Translations under genes and position numbers: made by a program | From: Alphaproteobacteria bacterium MarineAlpha5_Bin7 | Lineage (GTDB): Bacteria; Pseudomonadota; Alphaproteobacteria; HIMB59; GCA-002718135 | DNA length: 64,000 nt | Direction: 5' to 3' | Assembly (NCBI GenBank): GCA_002938195.1 | Contig: PTKX01000003.1 | Span: 5,454-69,453, forward strand | In this document: positions 41,946 to 50,547 of the stretch, in pieces | How positions within the stretch are numbered: position 1 is the stretch's first letter | How the letters are laid out: each line of letters opens with the position of its first letter | Notes under the pieces: model-generated | Database searches by the model: none | Told to the model about the DNA's origin: nothing | Seen by the model: only the letters and a program-made list of their open reading frames with translations

Positions 41946-42356
41946 ATGCCTAAAATAAATAAAAATTATAAACCCAGTTCAAAAGAAAAATTTATGAACT
42001 CAAAAATGAAAGAATATTTCAGAATTAAATTATTAAATTGGAAAAAAAATCTTCTGGAAGGCTCATCTCAAACTTTACAAAACTTTAAAAAAGAAGATAA
42101 TTCTTCAAAGCCTGATATAACTGATAGAGCTGCTGAAGAAATTGAAACATCATTTGAATTAAGAACTAGAGATAGAGAAAGAAAATTAATAAATAAAATT
42201 GATCAAGCCCTTAAAAGAATAGATGATGGAAATTATGGTTATTGTGAAGAAACTGGAGAGCCTATAGGAATAAAGAGACTTGAAGCAAGACCAATTGCTA
42301 CGTTGAGCTTAGAAGCTCAAGAAATGCATGAAAAAAAAGAAAAAAAAATAAACTAA
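41946..42356 (+). CDS. dksA: RNA polymerase-binding transcription factor DksA (variant lacking the Cys4 zinc finger)
   Basis: 136 aa with the coiled-coil tip DITDRAA (DxxDxA) and YKPSSKEKFMNSKMKEYFRIKLL. The C-terminal YCEETGEPIGIKRLEARPIATLSLEAQ retains only 1 of the 4 canonical Cys. Confidence 0.92.
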   Translation: MPKINKNYKPSSKEKFMNSKMKEYFRIKLLNWKKNLLEGSSQTLQNFKKEDNSSKPDITDRAAEEIETSFELRTRDRERKLINKIDQALKRIDDGNYGYCEETGEPIGIKRLEARPIATLSLEAQEMHEKKEKKIN

Positions 42357-42384
42357 TTTTTTTTTAGTATATATATAAGTCTTT

Positions 42385-42570
42385 ATGATTTCAGATTCTT
42401 ATGTAAATTTATCTCCTGGATTATATGTAGTCAATGAAAACAATATTGATTGGGGTGTAGGGCAAATACAATCAGCTATTAATGAAAAAATAACAATCAA
42501 TTTTGAAAATGTGGGGAAAAAGGTTATTAATATTAAAAAAATTAAATTAAAAATTGTGAATATACAATGA
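42385..42570 (+). CDS. small conserved protein (DUF3553-like)
   Basis: 61 aa. LSPGLYVVNENNIDWGVGQIQSAINEKITINFENVGKKVI matches the DUF3553 pattern (G..V.H...WG.GQV.S......TV.F...G). Its stop overlaps the moaA start in an ATGA junction. Confidence 0.65.
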   Translation: MISDSYVNLSPGLYVVNENNIDWGVGQIQSAINEKITINFENVGKKVINIKKIKLKIVNIQ

Positions 42571-43559
42571 CACTTACTGATCAGTTTCATAGAAAAGTAA
42601 ATTATTTGAGAGTTTCAGTAACAGATAGATGTGACTTAAGATGTATCTACTGCATGAAAGAAAAAATGGATTTTCTTCCAAAAAAACAAATTTTAACATT
42701 AGAAGAGATAGAGAGGCTATGTGACAATTTTATAGATTTAGGAGTGACCAAAATCAGGTTAACTGGTGGAGAGCCTTTAGTGAGAAAAAATATTATAGAG
42801 TTGATAAAAAAATTAAATATTAAAAAAAATTCTAGCAATCTTAAAGAAATAGTTTTGACAACTAATGGCACATTACTCTCAGAATATGCTTACGATTTAA
42901 AAAAAAATGGTATTAATAGAATTAATGTATCTTTAGATACTATTGATCAAAATAAGTATAATAAAATTACAAGATTTGGTGATTTAAATAAAGTTTTGTT
43001 GGGAATTGAAAAAGCATTAGAACATAATATTAAAATTAAAATTAATTTAGTTGCTATTAAAAATTTTAATGAAAATGAATTTTGTTCAATAATTGATTGG
43101 GCTAATCAATTAAAGATAGATCTAAGCTTTATTGAAGTAATGCCTATGCAAGAAACTGATATAGCAAGACATCTTCAATATATGCCATTAAATAGGGTAT
43201 TTGACGATCTAAACGAAAAATATAAGTTTTATAAATCAGAAAAAAATACTGGTGGGCCTTCAAGATATTATAAAAGCCCTAATCTATCAATTAATGTTGG
43301 CTTTATATCTCCCATAACTAATAATTTTTGTTCTAACTGTAATAGGATAAGAATATCAAGTACTGGAAAACTATATATGTGCTTAGGCCAAAATGATTAT
43401 ATAGATTTTAGAGAAATTTTAAGAAATGACTATAACGATAATTACATAAAAGAAAAAATAAAATTAGCTCTAAAAATTAAACCCTTAAAACATGATTTTA
43501 TGATTAATAAAAATTCTAAAACTTACATGCAAAGACATATGAATGTTACTGGAGGTTAA
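42567..43559 (+). CDS. moaA: GTP 3',8-cyclase (molybdenum cofactor biosynthesis protein A)
   Basis: 330 aa with the radical-SAM motif CDLRCIYC, second-cluster cysteines CSNCNRIRISSTGKLYMC, and the C-terminal GG. Confidence 0.93.
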   Translation: MTLTDQFHRKVNYLRVSVTDRCDLRCIYCMKEKMDFLPKKQILTLEEIERLCDNFIDLGVTKIRLTGGEPLVRKNIIELIKKLNIKKNSSNLKEIVLTTNGTLLSEYAYDLKKNGINRINVSLDTIDQNKYNKITRFGDLNKVLLGIEKALEHNIKIKINLVAIKNFNENEFCSIIDWANQLKIDLSFIEVMPMQETDIARHLQYMPLNRVFDDLNEKYKFYKSEKNTGGPSRYYKSPNLSINVGFISPITNNFCSNCNRIRISSTGKLYMCLGQNDYIDFREILRNDYNDNYIKEKIKLALKIKPLKHDFMINKNSKTYMQRHMNVTGG

Positions 43560-44317
43560 TGAAATATTTTTTTATATCTTCAAAATCCAAAGATGCTTTA
43601 AAAGCTAAAAAAAAATATAAAGTAAAATATGGCAATTATAAGATTAATGAAGCTGATATAATTATACCTATTGGAGGCGATGGTTTCTTATTAAAATCTT
43701 TACATGATTTTAGTAAATTCAACATACCTTTTTATGGGATTAATTATGGCTCCATAGGTTTCTTAATGAATACAGAAAGTAAAGAATCTTTAGATGAAAT
43801 AATTACAAAAGCACAAAAAATACAGCTTAGACCTTTAAAAATGAAAGCTACTGATTATAAGGGTAAAATATTTCAATCAATTGCATTTAATGAAGTATCT
43901 ATAATGCGACAAACTCATCAAGCAGCTAAAATTAGTATTAAAATTAATAATATTGAGAGAATAAAAGAACTAATTTGTGATGGCGTCCTTGTATCTACTG
44001 CTGCTGGAAGTACTGCATATAATTTTTCAGCTCACGGAAGTATTATTCCTTTAGAATCAAAATTGTTAGCCTTAACTCCTATAAGTTCATTTAGACCTCG
44101 TAGATGGAGAGGTGCATTATTAACCGAGGATACCAAAATAGTATTAACTGTCAACGATGTACGCCTAAGAGCATCCAGTGTTACTGCAGATAATAAAGAA
44201 ATTAGAAATATTAAAAAAGTTGAAATCAGTACTGATAAAAAATATATTTGTGATTTACTATTTAATAATCATCATTCAATACAAGAAAAAATATTAAAAG
44301 AACAATTTAGTCAATAA
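43559..44317 (+). CDS. nadK: NAD kinase
   Basis: 252 aa with GGDGFLL, NEVSI and VSTAAGSTAYNFSAHG motifs. Confidence 0.9.
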   Translation: MKYFFISSKSKDALKAKKKYKVKYGNYKINEADIIIPIGGDGFLLKSLHDFSKFNIPFYGINYGSIGFLMNTESKESLDEIITKAQKIQLRPLKMKATDYKGKIFQSIAFNEVSIMRQTHQAAKISIKINNIERIKELICDGVLVSTAAGSTAYNFSAHGSIIPLESKLLALTPISSFRPRRWRGALLTEDTKIVLTVNDVRLRASSVTADNKEIRNIKKVEISTDKKYICDLLFNNHHSIQEKILKEQFSQ

Positions 44318-45704
44318 TTTTTCTTTTCCTATATTCATTTGCGTATAGAAAAAAACCTAAACACAAGAAATTTATTACATTTAACCAATTATTAAAAAAA
44401 TTACCAGTAGGAATTATTGGCCAAATTGCAATGAGAATTGACAAATATATAAATACATCAATTTCTAGAATATTATTTTTTTTAATTTTATGAATTTTTT
44501 CAAAAAGTATTACTCTAAATATATTTAAAATATAAATGAAAAAAATAAAAATAGGTAATGTTCCTATAATGCCAGTTTCACTAAGAAGTTGCAAATACAT
44601 ATTATGAGGATGAGTACTGCAGCCAGATAAAACTTTATCATGTGGCTCCCAAATTGCGCCTCTTTTTTTGGCTAGAAATTCTTCGAATGTAGGGCCTACC
44701 CTACTTATCTTGGTTCTGTATATTGGATTTTGACATTCTATTCGGTAAATTTTAGGTCCGACGCCAAATAAGATATTTTTTGAAAATATTTTTAAAGCTT
44801 GTGCAAATAATTGTTGATGTTCTTTAGAAAATATAAAAAGATTAGTTGGAATAATAACTCCTTTTTTTTCTAAATCAATAATTTCAGATTCATCAAGTAC
44901 AGTAGAAGTGAATTGTTGTTGGGTATAAGTAATATAGCGATATTTTAAATGGTCATTATAAAAAAGAATAAATAAAATAATTATTGAAGATATAATTATA
45001 GAAATTAAAAATTGAAAATTATACTTATTTGCAAAAAACAAAATAGTAATATTAGTTAATAAGCAATAAAAAAAAGCAGACCTCTCACCAGAAAGAAAAA
45101 TAGCAGTGTTAGTTACAACAATAAAAAAAACTAATAAAAAATTAAAATTTTTTAAAAAATAAAAATTATATATCATCAGACCTAATGATATTGGAAGTAA
45201 GCGTGATAGGTAACTTCCCAAAATATTTTCACTGCCAAATAACCCTGATATTCTACCTCTGCCAGATAGATCTTCACTCATCGTAAAACCAAGAAAATTA
45301 AAGCCAAATGAAAACTGAAAGATGGCATCTAAACTTACAATCAGAAGGCATAATAAAATAACTATAGAAAAGTTTTTTAAAAAATATTTTTCAGTTTTGA
45401 TTAAATATAAAATTAATAAAGAAAAAAAACCGAAACGGAAAAAGAATAAAGAATATTCAAATGAATACATATATTCATAAGTAAATATTGATCTAACAAA
45501 AAAATATAAACATAAAATAAAAAAAAATATAATTAAACCAACATTTAATGGTTTAAAATTTTTTTCTATCAATAATTTAAATAAAAACAAAAATGATGAA
45601 AGAGAAACAATCATATCTGGAATTGCTGGGCCGGAAATAAGGCTAATAGGAAGTAAAAAAACTATAAAACTATTAAATTTGTTTATATTAAAAAAATTAT
45701 TCAC
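44307..45704 (-). CDS. O-antigen ligase family (Wzy_C domain) polytopic membrane protein
   Basis: 465 aa with about 10-12 TM helices, SGERSAFF, and a large loop followed by THPHNMYLQLLSETGIIG (the H.HN.YL..L.E.G motif of WaaL/PglL-type ligases). Confidence 0.72.
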   Translation of the reverse strand: MNNFFNINKFNSFIVFLLPISLISGPAIPDMIVSLSSFLFLFKLLIEKNFKPLNVGLIIFFFILCLYFFVRSIFTYEYMYSFEYSLFFFRFGFFSLLILYLIKTEKYFLKNFSIVILLCLLIVSLDAIFQFSFGFNFLGFTMSEDLSGRGRISGLFGSENILGSYLSRLLPISLGLMIYNFYFLKNFNFLLVFFIVVTNTAIFLSGERSAFFYCLLTNITILFFANKYNFQFLISIIISSIIILFILFYNDHLKYRYITYTQQQFTSTVLDESEIIDLEKKGVIIPTNLFIFSKEHQQLFAQALKIFSKNILFGVGPKIYRIECQNPIYRTKISRVGPTFEEFLAKKRGAIWEPHDKVLSGCSTHPHNMYLQLLSETGIIGTLPIFIFFIYILNIFRVILFEKIHKIKKNNILEIDVFIYLSILIAIWPIIPTGNFFNNWLNVINFLCLGFFLYANEYRKRKIID

Positions 45705-45713
45705 ATCAAAAGT

Positions 45714-46094
45714 TTAAATATTAGATGTGGTGTAAGCACAAATTTTGTTTCCATCTAAATCTCTTAAATATGCATAATAATTCTCACCATGTCTAGGGCC
45801 AGGGTTACCTTCATTGGTAGCACCCAATAGCAAAGCCTTTTTGTGAAATTCATTAACTTTTTTTTTTGATTTTACATAAAATGAAATCATAGTACCATTT
45901 CCAATCGTGGCGATATTATCATCAAAAGGCTTCATAATATAAAAATCTGCTAAATTATTTGTTTTTTCTTTTGCATATCCAACATATTTTTCATCTTGAT
46001 CCACTCTAATAATATCTAAAATTTTTAAAATCTCATCATAAAAATTTGAACTTTTTTTAAGATTATTTGTTCCTAATGTAATAAATGCAAACAT
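45714..46094 (-). CDS. VOC (glyoxalase/bleomycin resistance/dioxygenase) family protein
   Basis: 126 aa with a single VOC-like beta-alpha-beta-beta-beta module pair (FITLGTNNLKKSSNFYDEIL ... YLRDLDGNKI). Confidence 0.72.
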   Translation of the reverse strand: MFAFITLGTNNLKKSSNFYDEILKILDIIRVDQDEKYVGYAKEKTNNLADFYIMKPFDDNIATIGNGTMISFYVKSKKKVNEFHKKALLLGATNEGNPGPRHGENYYAYLRDLDGNKICAYTTSNI

Positions 46095-46122
46095 AAATTA
46101 ATCTTATATCTTATAATTAATT

Positions 46123-46208
46123 TGGTAGCCTCGGCCGGACTCGAACCGGCACTCCCAAATGGGCAAGGATTTTAAGTCCTTTGTGTCTACCAATTCCACC
46201 ACGAGGCC
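46123..46208 (-). tRNA. tRNA-Leu (anticodon UAA), type II with long variable arm, CCA encoded
   Basis: The reverse complement folds as GGCCTCG-TG-GTG(GAATTGGTAGA)CAC-A-AAGGA(CTTAAAA)TCCTT-GCCCATTTGGGAGT-GCCGG(TTCGAGT)CCGGC-CGAGGCT-A-CCA. It has a 7-bp acceptor stem (G1-U72), a TTCGAGT T-loop, discriminator A73, and is 86 nt long. Confidence 0.93.
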
Positions 46209-46214
46209 TTAATA

Positions 46215-46967
46215 CTATTTATAAACTAAAAAACTTTTTCCACCTAACAATTTAATCATTTTTTTAATTTGGTCCCTTATATTATTTAAATTTTCTAACT
46301 CCCAAGAAGAAATTACAATATTTACCCCTCCTTTTCTTTTTAAATAATTAAAATAAGGGTAACTTCCAATTGCGCATTTTTTATTTTTTTTTTGAATTCT
46401 TGATAATTCTAAAGCCATTACAGATTCGTATATATTTGTCCTAATGGTTAATGTTTTTTTAGGCTTCCCTTTATCAAGATTTTTTAAAAGTAAATTAAAC
46501 ATTTTTTTCATAATCATTGGAACGCCTGGCAAAACATAAACATTTTTGATTATATAGCCTGGAGCAATAGTAAGTGGATTTATAATCAACTCAGAACCTT
46601 CTGGCATTTTTGCCATTTTTTTTCTACCTTTGTTAAATTCATTTTTTGGATAATAATCTTTAAGAATTTTATAAGCTTGTGGATGATAACTATACTTTTT
46701 TTTGAATGCTTTAGATATACTTTCTGAAGTAATATCATCATGAGTTGGACCTATTCCTCCAGTAGTAAAAACATATTTATAATATTTATGAAAATCTCTA
46801 ACAGTATCAATTATAATTTTTTCATTATCAGGAATTACTGTTATTTTTTCTAATTTTATACCATTTTTTATTAATTTATTTGCTATGAAATTAGAATTAG
46901 TATCCTTTGTTCTCCCTGAAAGAATTTCATTTCCTATGACAATTATACCAGCATTTAATTTTATCAT
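46215..46967 (-). CDS. CinA-like molybdopterin-binding (MoCF_BD) domain protein
   Basis: 250 aa. The N-terminus AGIIVIGNEILSGRTKDTNSNFIA and the GGIGPTHDDIT motif are typical of the CinA N-domain. There is no C-terminal deamidase domain. Confidence 0.8.
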   Translation of the reverse strand: MIKLNAGIIVIGNEILSGRTKDTNSNFIANKLIKNGIKLEKITVIPDNEKIIIDTVRDFHKYYKYVFTTGGIGPTHDDITSESISKAFKKKYSYHPQAYKILKDYYPKNEFNKGRKKMAKMPEGSELIINPLTIAPGYIIKNVYVLPGVPMIMKKMFNLLLKNLDKGKPKKTLTIRTNIYESVMALELSRIQKKNKKCAIGSYPYFNYLKRKGGVNIVISSWELENLNNIRDQIKKMIKLLGGKSFLVYK

Positions 46968-47057
46968 TTTTCTATTTTAAACAAATTGTAAACAAAAAAA
47001 AGTAATTTAATGAAATTTTGTTTATGCTTTAACAATATTAGTATAATGATCACATTT

Positions 47058-47852
47058 ATGAATACTGAAAATATATATATTCATAATGTAAATGATTTTG
47101 TTGCTATGAGAAAAGCTGGCTCATTAACAGCAAAAATATTGGATGCACTTAAGAATTTTATTGAACCTGGCATTTCAACCGAAGATATAAACGAATTTTG
47201 TCATAGAATGATAATAAAAAACGATGCAGTTCCTGCTCCACTTAATTACAAAAATTTTCCTAAATCAGTATGTACATCAGTCAATCATGTTGTGTGTCAT
47301 GGGATTCCTAGTGAAAAAAAAATATTAAAGAATGGAGATATAATTAATGTAGATGTTACTGTAATTTTAGATGGATGGCATGGTGATAGCTCAAGAACAT
47401 TTGCTGTAGGTAATATAAATAATAAAATTTTATCACTTTTAAAAACTACTTATGAATGCCTATTGATAGGAATTGAAAATGCAAAACCAGGAAAAAAGAT
47501 AGGTGATATAGGTTACAGCATACAAAAATATGCTGAAGCAAAAAATTTTTCTGTTGTTAGAGATTTTTGCGGACATGGTATTGGCAAAAAATTTCATACA
47601 CCCCCAAGTATTTTACATTATGGATCTATTGGTGAAGGTGTAGAGATAGTGCCTGGAATGTTTTTTACCATAGAGCCGATGATTAATATTGGAAATTGGC
47701 AAGTTAAGATACTTAATGATGGTTGGACTGCAGTAACAAAAGATAAATCTCTATCAGCACAATATGAGCATACTATTGGAATTACTGAAAATGGTAACGA
47801 AATCTTCACACTTTCTCAAAATAATTCCGATTTTCCTATAAATACAATATAA
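47058..47852 (+). CDS. map: type I methionine aminopeptidase
   Basis: Metal ligands sit in the VCHGIP, DVT, DSSRTF, GHGIG, TIEPM and YEHT contexts. I place the start at MNTENIYIH (47058). The track start at 47010 adds 16 unlikely residues. Confidence 0.92.
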   Translation: MNTENIYIHNVNDFVAMRKAGSLTAKILDALKNFIEPGISTEDINEFCHRMIIKNDAVPAPLNYKNFPKSVCTSVNHVVCHGIPSEKKILKNGDIINVDVTVILDGWHGDSSRTFAVGNINNKILSLLKTTYECLLIGIENAKPGKKIGDIGYSIQKYAEAKNFSVVRDFCGHGIGKKFHTPPSILHYGSIGEGVEIVPGMFFTIEPMINIGNWQVKILNDGWTAVTKDKSLSAQYEHTIGITENGNEIFTLSQNNSDFPINTI

Positions 47853-47862
47853 TGCAATAAAT

Positions 47863-49158
47863 ATGATACCTAGATACACAAGAAAAAATATTAGTAATAT
47901 TTGGACAGACGAGAATAAATTTAAAATATGGACAGAAATAGAATGTCTTATTGCGCAAAAATTATCACTAAATGGAACAATCCCTAAAAATTCTTATCAA
48001 GAAATTAAAAAAAGAGCAAAATTTAATGTTAAAGAAATTAATAAAATTGAAAAAGAAACTAAACATGATGTTTTAGCTTACATTCAAAATGTTAGCAAAT
48101 ATATTGGAAAAAGTTCTAAATATTTCCATTATGGAGTAACTTCAAGTGATATTATTGATACAGCATTTTCTATTCAACTCAAACAATCCTGCGAAATTAT
48201 TATTAAAGAAATTAATATTTTATTAAAAGTAATTAAAAATAAATCATTAAAACATAAGAAAACTATAATGATAGGAAGAAGTCATGGAATTCATGCTGAA
48301 CCAATTACATTTGGTTTAAAATTGGCGACTTTTTATACTGAATTTCAAAGGCACTTAAAAAGATTAAAAAACGCAAGGGATGAAATTTCTATTTGTGCAA
48401 TTTCAGGACCTGTGGGCACTTACAATACAATCAATCCAAATGTAGAAAAATATGTTGCAAAAAAACTTAAATTAAAACCTGAGAGCATTTCAACTCAAAT
48501 AATTCCACGTGATAGGCATGCAATGTTTTTTTCTACAATTGGTTTATTAGCTTCTTCTATTGAACATATGGCTACTGAAATAAGACATCTACAAAGAACT
48601 GAAGTATCAGAAGTTGAAGAATTTTTTCAAAAAAAACAAAAAGGCTCATCATCCATGCCTCATAAAAGAAATCCCATACTTAGTGAAAATTTAACTGGAA
48701 TTGCAAGATATATTAGAAGTGCTGTAGTTCCTGCAATGGAGAATATCACCTTATGGCATGAAAGGGATATCAGTCATTCAAGCGTTGAAAGAATAATAGC
48801 TCCAGATGTAACGATCGCAACTGACTTTGCGTTATCAAGATTAACTAATGTGATCAAAAACCTCATTGTTTATCCTAACAATATGAAGAAAAATTTAGAA
48901 AAATTAGAGGGTATTCATAAAAGCCAAAAAATATTATTATCTCTAATTAAAAAAAATGTTTCTAGAAACGAAGCTTATTTAATTGTTCAAAGTGCTTCAA
49001 AAAAAGCAATATTTCATGATATGAAATTTGAGAAAGTTTTAAATGAAAACAAAAAATTTAAAAAATATATAAGTAAAAATGAATTAAAAAAAATATTTTC
49101 TACTAAGGAAGAATTAAAACATATAGATAAAATATTTAAAGTAGTATTTAAAAATTAA
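47863..49158 (+). CDS. purB: adenylosuccinate lyase
   Basis: 431 aa with MIPRYT, HYGVTSSDI, and the fumarate-lyase signature GSSSMPHKRNP. Confidence 0.96.
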   Translation: MIPRYTRKNISNIWTDENKFKIWTEIECLIAQKLSLNGTIPKNSYQEIKKRAKFNVKEINKIEKETKHDVLAYIQNVSKYIGKSSKYFHYGVTSSDIIDTAFSIQLKQSCEIIIKEINILLKVIKNKSLKHKKTIMIGRSHGIHAEPITFGLKLATFYTEFQRHLKRLKNARDEISICAISGPVGTYNTINPNVEKYVAKKLKLKPESISTQIIPRDRHAMFFSTIGLLASSIEHMATEIRHLQRTEVSEVEEFFQKKQKGSSSMPHKRNPILSENLTGIARYIRSAVVPAMENITLWHERDISHSSVERIIAPDVTIATDFALSRLTNVIKNLIVYPNNMKKNLEKLEGIHKSQKILLSLIKKNVSRNEAYLIVQSASKKAIFHDMKFEKVLNENKKFKKYISKNELKKIFSTKEELKHIDKIFKVVFKN

Positions 49159-49161
49159 TTA

Positions 49162-49917
49162 ATGTGCACTAGCATAATTCTTTTTAGAAAAGCAGCTACT
49201 TGGCCAATTATAATTGGATCTAATCGCGATGAAAATTTAAATAGAAAAAGTAGTTTTCCGGGAAAACACTGGAAGAAAAATTATCCTAATGTCATTGGTG
49301 GAAAAGATTTAAAAAAAAAAGGATCTTGGATAGGAATAAATAATAATGGACTAGTAGCTTTAATTCACAATAGAATTTCTAATAAAAAAAAATCTAATTT
49401 TAGATTTTCAAGAGGTAAAATAGTTTTAGAAGTTTTAAATAGTCTTAATATAAATAAAGCATTAAAATTTATATCTACAATTAATCCTAAGGATTATGAT
49501 TATTTCAATTTATTTATAGCTAATCATAAAAATTGTTATTTTATAAAGCATAATATTATTACTAGAAATTTACAAATTCATAAAATTAAAGAAGGTCTAA
49601 CAATAATGACTGATAAAGATATAAATGATAAAAGAGACAAAAAAATCATTTATTATCATAAATTATTTTCATCTTTAAAAATTCCAAATCCATCAAAAAA
49701 TAATTGGGATAGTTGGAAAAAAAATTTATCTTATAATAATGAAGAAAAATTGCCTAATAACCAAAGAATATGTTCTATAAATAAAAAATTGAACTATGGA
49801 ACACGGTCTTCTTGTTTAATTGCTTTACCAAATTTAAAAAATAAAAAAAAGATTATTTTTAAGTCTACTAAATCTGTTCCAAAAATAGACAATTATATTG
49901 ATGTTAATATGAAATAA
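49162..49917 (+). CDS. NRDE / TANGO2-family protein (DUF833)
   Basis: 251 aa. MCTSIILFR...IIGSNRDE is the family-defining N-terminus (Cys2 plus the NRDE motif). It starts 3 nt after the purB stop. Confidence 0.7.
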   Translation: MCTSIILFRKAATWPIIIGSNRDENLNRKSSFPGKHWKKNYPNVIGGKDLKKKGSWIGINNNGLVALIHNRISNKKKSNFRFSRGKIVLEVLNSLNINKALKFISTINPKDYDYFNLFIANHKNCYFIKHNIITRNLQIHKIKEGLTIMTDKDINDKRDKKIIYYHKLFSSLKIPNPSKNNWDSWKKNLSYNNEEKLPNNQRICSINKKLNYGTRSSCLIALPNLKNKKKIIFKSTKSVPKIDNYIDVNMK

Positions 49918-49967
49918 TTTTTAAAATAATCTTTCTTTTTGCACCTATTTGTACTATTTATTATATT

Positions 49968-50201
49968 ATGACTATGAAAAAAGAAGAAATTCAAATGTTG
50001 ATTAAGGAATCTATCCCAGATGCAAAAATAGAAATTGAGGATATGAGAGGAGACGAAAATCATTATAGCGCCACAGTTATTTCAAAATCTTTTGAAGGTG
50101 TTAGTAAGATTAATCAACACAAAATGGTTTATGACTCACTCAAAGGAAAAATGGGTAATGAGTTACATGCTCTAAAGTTAAAAACAAAATCGGAGTTATA
50201 A
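49968..50201 (+). CDS. BolA family protein
   Basis: 77 aa: ...GDENHYSATVISKSFEGVSKINQHKMVY..L......LHALKLKT, which is the BolA pattern. It is paired with a monothiol glutaredoxin. Confidence 0.85.
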   Translation: MTMKKEEIQMLIKESIPDAKIEIEDMRGDENHYSATVISKSFEGVSKINQHKMVYDSLKGKMGNELHALKLKTKSEL

Positions 50202-50545
50202 TGAATGATAATAAAATAGACGTTACTGAAAACATTAAAAGTGAAATTAAATCTAACGATGTAGTATTATTTATGAAAGGTACTCCTGATTTTCCTATGT
50301 GCGGATTTTCTGCAGCCACGTCTCAAATTTTAAAAAATTTAGGAATTGAATTTTCAAGTGTAAATGTTCTAGAAAGTGATGAAATAAGACAAGGTATAAA
50401 AGAATTTTCTAATTGGCCTACCATTCCTCAACTATATATTAAAGAAGAATTTATTGGAGGATGTGACATAGTAAAAGAAATGTACGAAAGCGGAGAACTC
50501 TTAGAATTACTTAATACAAAAGGTATAAACGTCAATCCTTCTTAG
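50201..50545 (+). CDS. grxD: monothiol glutaredoxin (Grx4 family)
   Basis: 114 aa with VVLFMKGTPDFPMCGFS (CGFS active site), WPTIPQLYI and GGCDI. Confidence 0.94.
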   Translation: MNDNKIDVTENIKSEIKSNDVVLFMKGTPDFPMCGFSAATSQILKNLGIEFSSVNVLESDEIRQGIKEFSNWPTIPQLYIKEEFIGGCDIVKEMYESGELLELLNTKGINVNPS

Positions 50546-50547
50546 AT

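Noticed and set aside
42399-42590. A 63-aa minus-strand ORF that almost exactly mirrors the 61-aa plus-strand ORF.
   Set aside because: The plus-strand product matches the DUF3553 pattern and is ATGA-coupled to moaA. The minus-strand product is a hydrophobic, low-complexity peptide with no start context, so it is most likely a shadow ORF.
49311-49320. An A10 homopolymer inside the NRDE/TANGO2-like gene, and other A/T runs of 8-10 nt elsewhere, considered as possible slipped-strand phase-variation switches.
   Set aside because: Poly-A and poly-T runs encoding Lys or Phe are frequent throughout this AT-rich window in clearly essential genes. There is no evidence of frame disruption at any of them.
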